Of a stretch of 64,000 bases of DNA, positions 51,965 through 64,000 are shown piece after piece. The DNA lies in assembly GCA_964016885.1 (NCBI GenBank), contig OZ024745.1, forward strand, positions 78,430,001 to 78,494,000, given 5' to 3'. The position numbers and the translations under genes are program-made. The DNA comes from Eledone cirrhosa. Taxonomy: Eukaryota. Positions within the stretch are counted from its first letter, which is position 1, and the number at the start of each line of letters is the position of its first letter. The notes under the pieces are model-generated. The model searched no databases. It saw nothing but the letters and a program-made list of their open reading frames with translations, and was not told where the DNA came from.

Positions 51965-54900
51965 GGGGCCATACAGCATACACAGGAGGAGTTGCTTTTT
52001 AAGGAGGAAACAAATCGGATCTGTGACTCTAAAGATATTCTTCATAGTATTAACCACTTCTGTGAAGTGAAATAGGTTCCGTCAAAATTTCGCTCTATTA
52101 CGCTTGCCTATAGTATTTAGCATAATATCTACATCGATCATAAGGTCGGCAGCCTATCTACTTGGCTGCTTGGGACTCTAACTATTGTTGTCGAAAACAA
52201 AATTACGCCTGAAAAGCTTAAATTTCTAGATGTTTCTCTGACTTATTTAGAAAAGATTACGTAATTGTTAACATTCCAAATGGAACTGAATTTTTCCTTC
52301 CCAGATTTTACCACTTAATATACATTTAAATGTTATGTTAATTTGTTTCCCCAAAACTAGTACTTCAGAAGATATTCGTTCGTTTCGATCCAATGATAAA
52401 GAAAAAAATTTTCTTTTTGTGAAAATAAATAAATGAACGCCAAATAAATAAAGCATTAGCTGAAAATAGAGCTATTTCACTAAATGCCCATAGCTTTCTC
52501 TAACTCTGTTCTATCTAAACAGACTCTAGCAGTTTCAAGTTACGTCCGTTCATTTATCTAATAATGAAACCTGGTTGTTATCATCTTTGTATTTCAACTG
52601 GGCATGAATGGTATTAGAGTCATCAGTGAGTTACCAACTTCCAATCTTTGAGTATTCAGTGAATTTCTATCTAAAGTGGCAGTAGGTTTTAAGTGACGTA
52701 ACACGACGCGAGCAGTACTGCATTATGGGATGTTATCAGAGCCTTGCAAGACTTCTTTACTAACGATAATTTTATTTTAGGTTGTTTTCTTATGCGTATG
52801 TTCACGCTTTGGCATAAGTGTTCAATGTTTTGGAGGAAATGATGGTGGGTTAGTGGATATATGTGTGAGCATTTAGGCGAATATAATTGCTTTTGCTGAG
52901 AAAATAATGGTTTCTGATTTAGGCACGATTTTGTTAAGAAAATAATAAACATAAAAGAGCATCGTATGCATTCAAACATGGACTCAGAATATTTTAACTG
53001 ATACATTTAAAATATTTTCAAAAACAGCAGAAAGGGTTTACGATAAAGTAATGAGAACATGGGAATTGTTTGATAACAATGTTCTTCTTAAAATTTTATG
53101 AAGAATTTGAGTTTTTCCATATCTTTAGCTTAATTAGTTCGTTATTAAACATTGTATCCCTATTGTAAAATGTATATAGATATAGAGGAAGAATATGGGT
53201 TATTACAGGGTTTTTCCCCAATGTCATTAGCACCAGGAACTGAAGCTAATCCAAAGAATTGGCACGTTGGTATTTCATCTCTGGTTCTGCAACTTTCGTC
53301 TAAGATGCCAGTTATAATTCGACCACGCACAAAAAGACGTTAGCAGCTAAGATGACGTGATATGTTTGAAACCGCTTGTCGGGAACTTCTTGGTTTTCAT
53401 CAATCACCATACAAAATTAAATTATCAGGAATTTCAGTAGTTAGGTTCTGTAAAGGTAAATTTACGTTCAAATAAATGATACTAGCTCAAGAGCAACCGA
53501 GCTATGTCTTAATGGTCGAAGAATTTGATGTGGTGACATAAAGGGGCCAACCATGAAGCCTCTTTGGGCTTTTAACTTTCAAATTCTACTCTGTTAATGT
53601 TATAGCTTGATACACTTTGTGAGTGTTCAATTGATTTAAAAAATTATTCAAATAGATATTTTTGCGAGGTTCCCTTAATAATACTTCAAGAGATACGGGT
53701 TTTTTTTACGTCTATATATATCAGAGAAAGATATACATGGTGGTGATCTCTTCCGCTTAGCTCTTTAACTTTAGGCTTGTCTAACATTAGATTCAATTTT
53801 TATTGCTTATCCAGCTAGTGTATTTTGTTTTATTAATGAATCAATTTACTAACTATTTACCTATCTATCTATCTATCTATAGATCTATCTATTTATCTAT
53901 CTATTTATCTATCTACACCCCTGTGTATCTAACAAACTATCTATGGATCTATAAATACATCTAAATATGTAATTGTCTACCATACATTTATACAAATTGT
54001 TCTTATATAGACATGGAAATCACAATGAAATCAGCATTACGTTCTTGGGTAGCACCTACATTAAACACTATTAAACTTCCTTATAGAGACACAGAGCCAC
54101 CGTAGTTTCTGTAGCCACTATACTTCTGAAAGTTCTAGTTCATAACCTTAAGTCATTTCCCAATGTAACACACATAAATATACATAGTTCACCACACATA
54201 CACCTCACACAATGTTGTCATCTCTCAGCGATCATAACATAATTCATTTACACAATTTACATGTATTTCGTTCAACTACCAACATATCTTATATAGTTTT
54301 CTAGCTTTCTCTCCATACAAGCACTTCGCTTATAGAGATACAATTCCTCACATTGTGACCACATTATCACGCAGTCATCCCATTACCACAGACCACATAA
54401 TAGCCACTATCTTTTATAATATTACCCCACCTCGAGACGCTCCTAGCGATAAAATGTTCTCATGATCATTGTCGAACATTCTCTTACTTTACAGTGGGCT
54501 ATGTTTACATTCGAAGTCTTTTCGTAGCATGACCATTGTAAACAGAAGACCATTTTAAAGCGAAATATATTTTTTGTCGTTTTTAATCTATTACCGACCA
54601 TCTACATTATCTTTCCTATCGCTGTCCAAATCAGGGTTCCATTTTTCTTCCCACATTCTTTCCTGTACTTGGCATTTGTTCTATTTTTAGATCTATCACA
54701 GTTTCCTCTTTATATTATTCCTTTATTTGTAAATCGTATTTTCACAGAAGGGAAATGAAATTTAAGAAGGAAATGCCTACTCACTCACCTACACACCCAC
54801 ACCCATACAAAGATACCGCAGCCGCCAACAGTCAAACATACACAAATATACAGAATACATTCATCCATCTATCCATCTATCCATCCATCCATACATACAT

Positions 54901-55059
54901 ACATACATACATACATACATACATACATACATACATACATACATACATACATACATACATACATACATACATACATACTCTTTCAAAAGTCTTATATATA
55001 CGAGTATGGTCACTTCTTTGAACAACAACAAAAAAAACCCAGAAATTGGTAAAAAAAAA

Positions 55060-55375
55060 ACGTGTTATTGATGCTGTTGTTGATGCCGCCTTAGATTCCT
55101 CATCAAACCTGACAGTGACTTACATGTCATACCACACAATGCGCAGGTACGTTTCCCGTCTCCTTGAGTTTGATAGGCGTGGCATGGCCTGTGGTGCTTA
55201 GTTAGCCCACTTGCAGAGTGACACTCTTTTGAACAGACACCACATGCAAAATTAAGGTCTATGGGCCTCTCAAAAATGTTATTTCCATGGCTTCGGTGTC
55301 TGTTATGTCTTAGTAGCCCAGTTTTGACATACATTTACGTTCGCATACCTCACAGGTAAGAGTCCCTTTCCAACC
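55060..55375 (-). mobile_element. RTE-type C-terminal C2H2 zinc-finger fragment
   Basis: LTCEVCERK.., CGVCSKECHSASGLTKHH, CALCGMTCKSLSGLMRNLRRH; parallels the C-terminus at 25322-25625. Confidence 0.7.
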
Positions 55376-55419
55376 CGATCTTAGAGAAGACTATCTCATT
55401 AGTCATTTCATATTCATTA

Positions 55420-56080
55420 CATATATTTGTCCCGCATAAGTGAACAGCCGCCAGCCACGGGTTGCTAGCCGTCTTAGATATAAGTATGCTTTGTTTAGAC
55501 CACCTTTTCTAGATCCATCCTGGCTAGCAGTTGGGCAGTGCTATCCCTGGAAAGGATTCCTCAGTCACTTGGGATGCTGAGTAATTCCTTGCCTATGTTG
55601 GAGGACAAAACGACCAATATCCCAAGTCGTTCCTAAGTACCTCCAGCCTGGTAGCTCCGTAAATATCACCGCTCTCCCCACTGATGCAGGTCTTTTCAAT
55701 GAAACGTTATCCGTTCTGGACTTAACAACTTCCTGTACGTCTTTCTGATTATACTGGATGTAGCTTTCAGAAAAAAAGCAGGAAATGCCAATGGCGCAAC
55801 ATAGGTTGGGACAACCAGCATCTAATTTTTCGTCAGGTTTTCTACCAAAGTTACCCTCTCCAAGCAAACTTTTGGGTGGCCGTTGACTCTTATGAGTTCT
55901 TCCACCCTGTGAAGGGTTTTGTTTTTTCTCCCACAGGATGTCCAAAACATCATCCGCCTCACCAAGCTAGTTAGGTGGGGTTGCCAATTTAGTCACCGAC
56001 GACCCGACCATGCAACAGGTTGTACTGGGTTTCATGTTATCAGTAGCGCTCGAGAGCGACCTGGCATAACAAGCAAGCGT
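55420..56080 (-). mobile_element. RTE-type 5' UTR fragment
   Basis: Homologous to 24905-25052 (cccagtacaacctg..catggtcgggtcg..gactaaa.tggcaaccccacc..tttggacatcctg). Confidence 0.65.
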
Positions 56081-56159
56081 ACATACATACATACATACAT
56101 ACATACATACATACATACATACATACATACATACATACATACATACATACATACATACA

Positions 56160-57502
56160 TTGGACGATAGACGAAATCCGAGAAGTTGATGTTGGAACTC
56201 GAAAAATACTGAACAACACCGGAAACTTCCACATCAACAGTGACATAGACCGCCTTTACTTGAAACGTAGGCAGGGAGGCAGAGGCCTAACATCAGTCCA
56301 GACAACATTTGAATGTCGCATCATATCTCTCCGACAACATCTACGAACCTCGAAGCGTAGGAGCCCGCTTCTCGAGCAAGTCTATCTGCATGAAACAGAT
56401 AAGATCGTGAGAGTTGGGAAGGAACTCCTTGAGGGATATTCCCTGTGTGATAATCAAAAACTCACACCCAGGGATGTCGCTCAGCAGTATCGCAGTGAAT
56501 CCATGGATGAAAAACTGCATGCCTATCAGCAAAAAATCATGCATGGATATGTTGCCAGGAAGCTCCAGAGTGAGAGTAATATAGATAAGGAAAGTAGTCT
56601 ATCTTGGACCAACAACCGCTATATTGGCTCCCACTTTGAAGGATACGCTTTTGCAATCCAAGAACAGGAGATTAGCACGAAATACCTGATTCACAAAAGA
56701 GATAGGGATGCAGGCAAAACACCTAGATGTGATAACAAGTGCAGACTCTGCAGAACTAACATCGAGGATATCACCCATGTCATCAGCAGCTGCCCAAAGA
56801 TGTCATCGCGGTACTATCTACCTATGAGACATGATGTAGTGGCCAAAACACTGTACAATGCAGTTCGTAAAAAAGATAGCCCCGATGATAAACACATTAA
56901 AAGCTACAACAATGTGGAAGACATCCATGTACATAATTGTTTCTACTTTTGGCACAAGGCCAGTAATTACCCAGTACATTACTGGTACTTTATTTTATCG
57001 ACCCCGTAAGGATGAAAGGCAAAGTTAACCTCGGCGGGATTTGAACTCAGAATGGCAAGGGCCGTAACTATATACGTCAAAGCATGGCGTCCGACCCTCT
57101 ACCGACACTGCCAATCCACCGCCCTATGTACATAATATGAAAGAGTACTGGTGGAATGTTCCAGTAAAAGCTAGGCTTCACAGGAACAGAAAGAACACAA
57201 CTAGTTAGGAAATTACAAGTACAATCCATTAATGGAACAGTAAAAATATGTAAAACATTCCAAAAGTTTTGCATCTAATAACTGCATATACACATGTACA
57301 GATACAAAGCATATACACATGCACACATACTACTAAAAACATACACATCCACACATACAATAACATCCATATCTACACATGCATGCATGCAGACACATAC
57401 ATATCTACCTAGTTGATGTGTAAATTCCAATGAGAGTGTCTATGTTAGAAACCGACTCTCTCTCTATTAGTAAAACTTTGTGAAATTATAAAACCAGAAG
57501 AA
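56160..57502 (+). mobile_element. 5'-truncated R4/Dong LINE between (CATA)n tracts, interrupted by a SINE
   Basis: [53 protein letters not shown]; ends at (CATA)n. Confidence 0.88.
56937..57125 (-). mobile_element. full-length SINE with an 11-bp TSD atgtacataat
   Basis: Reverse complement of the family consensus; TSD on both sides. Confidence 0.9.
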
Positions 57503-57582
57503 CATACATACATACATACATACATACATACATACATACATACATACATACATACATACATACATACATACAAACATACATA

Positions 57583-57993
57583 CATGGCGGCTGCCAACTC
57601 GTTTTCGAGTACGGCCACTACTTTATATCCATGTAGGAGAACCCCTACCGATGGGCTGAACGAGTGTGACTTTTTAGTCCAGCCAGCGACTTGAAAACTC
57701 TGGTACAAACACTACACTTGTGACAATTAATGACACATAGTGCTGGGCCCATGGTACCATGTGACGACAAGTGCAGAGAGATCTCCAGATATAAAGCAAT
57801 GCCTGTGCCGTGAAGCTTTTATAGTGAGAAAAGGCACTGCACAAAGCCAGTCCCACTCTCTTAACCAAGATGATATTTACCAAAAAAGAAGAACAAGTCA
57901 ACATCATTGGATACCATCAGGGTTGCAGGTGTTATATTAGAGTTTTCCTTCTCCTAGAATTCTGCCTTGACAAAGGCTAAGGGGTCATCTCTC
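57583..57993 (-). mobile_element. 5'-truncated copy of the RTE-derived non-autonomous element
   Basis: Near-identical to 30591-31000. Confidence 0.85.
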
Positions 57994-58639
57994 ACATACA
58001 TACATACATACATACATACATACATACATACATACATACATACATACATACATACATACATACATACATACACCAAGACAAAAAATGTCTCGGACAGTAT
58101 CTGACATTCCCTTCATGATTTAAGTTTAAATCTTAACAAAATCGAATTCAACTTTTAGACCTCCAGTATCAACAACAGTAATAGACCGAGATAGATTTAG
58201 TATAACCTCTTTTCTAATTATTAGATAGGACCTTATTTATAAGAAAGCAATATCTATTTTGTCGATGGAGGTGGATTTAGTGAAAATGACGGAATGCCTG
58301 ACGAACACCTTATCTGGTTCACTTTTTGTTCGAATCGTTTCAAAGTTATATTTGTTTTATTAGTAAGCGACCACCGCGTTTCGTTTTAGTTTGCTGTGGG
58401 TATATTCAATCTTAACATCATGTAATGATAAATATCTAAAAGCAGGTTTGTTAATGCAAATATGTATAGTATTTTTACTAGTGGATAGTGTACTTCTGAA
58501 TGTAACTATTGCATTGTGTTTTAGTTATATACACGCATCCACATGCATATACATACACACACACACACCTATATATAGTAGTTCGCAGCGAAACGCTGAC
58601 GTGATTGGTTGTATTTACTGAGTTTATCTTAACCCTTAA

Positions 58640-59500
58640 AATGGAGAACCAAAATGAACATTATCGACACATTATGCTTTTTATTTAAAAAAAGGTAATA
58701 AAGCATCAGGAACTTGCAGGAAGATATGCGCTGTGTACGGAGAGGATGCTGTTGCAGAATGTATATGCCAGAAGTGGTTTTCAAGATTTCGATCGGGAAA
58801 TTTTTCGATTCAAGATGCACCTCGCTTTGAACAGCCAATTGTGGTTAGCAGCGACTAAGTGAAGTAAGTAGTCGATACCAACTCCCGTCTTACAACCAGA
58901 GAAATATCAGATATGCTTCAGATATCGAAATCAAGTGTTGAAAACCATCTACATAAATTTGGTTACATCAGAAGGTTCGATGTTTGGGTTCCCCATGAAT
59001 TGAGTGAAGCCAACCTCACCAAACGGATTTCCATCTGCGATTCCTTGCTTAAATGTGAAGAAAATCATCCCCTTTTGAAGAAAATGGTAACTGGAGACGA
59101 AAAATGGACCGTCTATAACAATGTGAAGCGAAAACGATCACGAACCACCACAAACAACCTCCAAAGCAGGACTTCACCCAAAGAATTGCGTTCAATTTGG
59201 TGGGATTGGAAAGGTGGTGTCTTTTAAGAGTTTCTTCCCTCAAACAGGACTATCAATTCGGATGTGTACAGTGAAAGCTAGATAAATTAAACGCAGCGAT
59301 TCGCCAGAAACGTCTAGAAGCTGCTAATCAAGACAATGCCAGACCATACATTTCCTTGCAGACACGGCAGAGGTTACTAGGGCTTGACAGGAAGGGTTCG
59401 CCTCACCCTCAATATTCTCCCGACCTTGCTCCTTCAGATTTCCATCTGCTTCGGTCTCTTCAAAATTCTTTGAATGGACAGACCTGCAATTCTTCATATA
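58640..59500 (+). pseudogene. mariner transposase remnant
   Basis: MENQNEHYRHIML.., KWFSRFRSG, WVPHEL, VTGDEKW, WWDWKG, QDNARP, YSPDLAPSD; multiple frameshifts; TIRs not identified. Confidence 0.88.
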
Positions 59501-59549
59501 GTTAAAGAAACACACACACACACACACACATATATATATGTGTGTGTGT

Positions 59550-59581
<32 letters not shown>

Positions 59582-59647
59582 AGATGCCAAGTAAAATGGG
59601 TGGCAACCACAGTAAATAGTCTTGTAGAAGCCATTTCTCTATTAAAT

Positions 59648-59702
<55 letters not shown>

Positions 59703-61393
59703 TAGAATGTTACAAAACAGCTTCTGGTTTCGTTACTGCGCAATCTAACAAAATAAACAACAAAGATAAACCCTAAATATGATATAAGAAAATGCTTACA
59801 ACATCCCCTAAGAGAATTTCAACACCCAGACGAAAGGGAATCCAGTTATCGCTAGAATGACTTTGTGGCAGATTCTGACCTTTGTAATGTTTTGTGACCT
59901 TTGCCCAATCTATTGACTTGACCTTTAACAATCTTATTGACTTGGTGGAAACGATTTACCAACCCCTGACACACAAGCTGATATTAAACAAATAAAGTGA
60001 AGAAAATCAGTAACAAACAAGTTCGGCTTGATTCTGCTGTCGGAAAGGTTTATTACTTCATCAATTAATTTACGCTGAAAATTCCTGACCCACCATTTCT
60101 TTTACAACGAGTAACATATTAATTTTTTCAATGAATTCTGTCTGTAAAATAAAGCTAGTCTATAGTGTCTCCAAACATTCTGAACTAACAGCCTTCATAT
60201 TTGGTTACAGTCAGTATTTTTCTCGTATAATATTCTTGCTTAAGTAAAAGATAACGATTTGCATTTCTCTATTTGTTGTTTGCATATTAGGTTAACCTGA
60301 TAGTGCATTTACATTATATATTTATTTACAAAATCACTGAAAAATCAGCATAGATTTTGAAAGATCTGAAGTCAATGCAAATTCAGCTAGTATTACATAT
60401 CACGATATTGAAATTTCTGTATATCACAGCAAACATAGAAAAGTTATAGTAACATAAAAGATGAGATGAAAGAGATGGAAGAGATAACAGCAGCGCTCTA
60501 GAATGAAGATTTACATCATTGCTTTCGGTGCCGATCTCTGAGTTCAAATTACACTAAGAGAGATTTTCCTTCCAACCTCCTTAGCCCAAGATTGGTATGT
60601 TCGAGAAAATATAATCAAAGACATTTCAAACGTGACCATCTTACCTTTCTTTACTTTCTCGATGGGGTTTTAGCTATTTTTTGCAGGTTGAACAACCGTA
60701 TACAGGTTCCTTTATTGGCTCGGTGTTATTGTTGTTGTATGGGTTAGATGGGTCGATAATGGCCAGATCCCTTTAACAGTTACTGCACTTCTAGATAGCT
60801 TAGAGACATCTTACTCGTACGTTCAATTTTGGCATGGGTTATACGGCTGGATACTCTTCTTAAGATCAGCTATTTTACAGCGTGTATTCTGTGCATTTTA
60901 GTGTGTTTAACAGCAATAGACACAATATCTTGTATTCGGACGATGTTACCGTTCAGTCAAGGCAACTTTACTGAATGGGTGATAGATGTTTAAGTGATGA
61001 AAGAGAGAATGAGACTGATCGAAGAGACAGGAAGAAGTAAGAAACGTAGAAGAAAGTAAGGCAAAAAATATTTTGATAGATGAGAGAATAATGGAAGAGA
61101 GCGAGGGTGTATGATCGACAGCAGTGATATGAGTGCTGGATGAGAGATTAATGAAGGTAGGGAAAGTAATTCATGGAGACTTAATAAGTTAAAGAGCCCT
61201 AAATGTAGGTATACATCCCATCTTCCATCGTTGCCACCATTTTTACGTCTGTTTTTCCGTGATTGTATAGACTAGGTGGGTTTTCTTCACCACAGCGCTT
61301 TGTTATTTGTTGCGTTTTTTTGTCATCTACCTCTTATATCCAGCATTTGTATTCCATTATACATACTCCATTTGACCGTCTCTCATGTATGTA

Positions 61394-61448
61394 TGCTCAA
61401 CTTTGTAGTATCATGATTGCTCAACTTTGTAGTATCATGATTGCTCAA
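61394..61448. repeat. 24-bp tandem repeat x3
   Basis: tgctcaactttgtagtatcatgat repeated (the array extends to ~61468). Confidence 0.8.
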
Positions 61449-63068
61449 CTTTGTAGTATCATGATTGCATGCATTCAAATATTCATGGAGAAATATCGTT
61501 TACCATAGATCTGGATCGAGCTGAGCTTTGTATGTGAAGTGGGATAGACGGAAACTTTGGAAGCCTTCAGATGTGTTATAATCTATCTATATTTTGAAGA
61601 CCCAGCCTTGTAATATACAAAGCACGCTAATTTTACATGAAAATAACGTTAGGACTACAGGTTTATGTTGAATATTCAAATATTTACACTATAATATGGT
61701 AGAAAAAATGAATTCCTCGAAACCGACGCGGGTGCCATTGGTTCATTAAGTCTAAATAAAGTTAGATAACACAACGAACATTTGATGAATATATTAAAAC
61801 TCATATTAATCATTTGCTTTGTTTATAGAATTATTAATTGGAGGAATACGTTCAACTTGGCTCGGTTTACAGCATACTGTTTATTTAACCAAACTAAACT
61901 TGTATATTTTATTTCTACAAAAACAATGTTACTCTTTGAAAGTATGTATGTTGTTTGTTTGTGTTTTCATTTCACCATCTTGTTAATAATGTAATTACAC
62001 TAGAAAATAGAATCTGTGTCGAGCAAGACTACAAAAGGTTTATTAAATACTTCTTTTATTTCTTGCGAACATTTACAATGAACTAATAGGAATAAGGGGA
62101 AATGAATTTTAACGTTAAATCTAAATATTTGTTTACCTCTGATAGACTCCTGTCTCGGCATCTAAGCAAGCAAGACAGAAGTGTTTTAAGTAAACACTTT
62201 TATTTTGACATCAAGGGTTTTTTTTTTTGTTGCACTTTCGAACGATAAAACCTCATCGTTTTAGCACTAACCTTTTAAAATTAGAATAATTTGAAGTCAA
62301 AAGGAATTTCAGTTGTTTATGTTAGTAAAACCATATTGGTCATTCAGTACAAATTCGAAATAAAAATAGGTACCAAATGACATTTCTTTGGGAGGTCTAT
62401 AGTGGAAAATTTATAGGAACCGCGTCTGACAAAACCGTTATATTAACAATACAGGCTGCCTGTCTGCAATTCTTGGCCACTTCAAACGCAAAATAAATGT
62501 CATCTATGATAAAAGAGCTGAATGAGATTTTGCGACATTTATGATGTAAACATGGAAGTGGGGTCAATGAAATAAAAAGTAATTTTAATGAAAGTATATC
62601 AGTTTACACAACACCAAATTCAAAGTAAAATGATTCTAAAAACATTATTAGTTCAAACATTTTCAAAAAGAACCTTTTGTTTCTTACATCTTCTGACACT
62701 AAGTGGTTTAAACACATCAGGTTATCTGAACATTATTAATACAAAATACTAATACATCATAAATGACATTTACAACGAAACCCTTATTATTAAAAAACGT
62801 TGTGTATTAATTCACAAAAATGGAAGATATGTAACCTTTCTACGTCTTCTAGCAAAATAACCTAAATATATTATTTCCTGTGTTACCATTATAGGATAAA
62901 GGAATATGTTTTTTTCGCTTCCGTAAATCTAAGAATAAAATAGTTTTAATTCCTTTTTAGAGATAGTCTGGCCATAAATTTCGGTATATCAGTACAATTT
63001 GCTTTATATTGACCAGATAGCATCAAAATTTAGCTTCTGCTCATAGAAATGAACATTGCAGTAGAATT

Positions 63069-64000
<932 letters not shown>

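Noticed and set aside
55065-55334. Host C2H2 zinc-finger gene exon
   Set aside because: Lacks TGEKP linkers, is frameshifted and mirrors the RTE C-terminus.

Overview
AT-rich, repeat-saturated eukaryotic DNA. No host protein-coding exon could be supported, so the window is probably intergenic or intronic. The dominant tRNA/Nin-type SINE and the microsatellite load suggest a coleoid cephalopod (octopus-like); this is an inference. Contents: (i) (TA)n-embedded Penelope-like elements (two Neptune/Nematis-type copies, one Naiad-like copy, several pLTR-derived fold-back pieces) with at least seven hammerhead-ribozyme motifs; (ii) a nest of R4/Dong LINE > LTR element with a tRNA-Trp PBS > CRE-type LINE plus SINEs; (iii) chains of RTE LINEs, an RTE-derived non-autonomous family and R4/Dong fragments linked by (CATA)n; (iv) a decayed RTE with an internal higher-order minisatellite, L1/Tx1 remnants and a mariner remnant. 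The most striking signal is an inverted Penelope terminal arm (10997-11078) with 8 A>G changes that spare every GA context and that runs into (TG)n where sister copies have (TA)n. This resembles an ADAR-hyperedited RNA written back into the genome.
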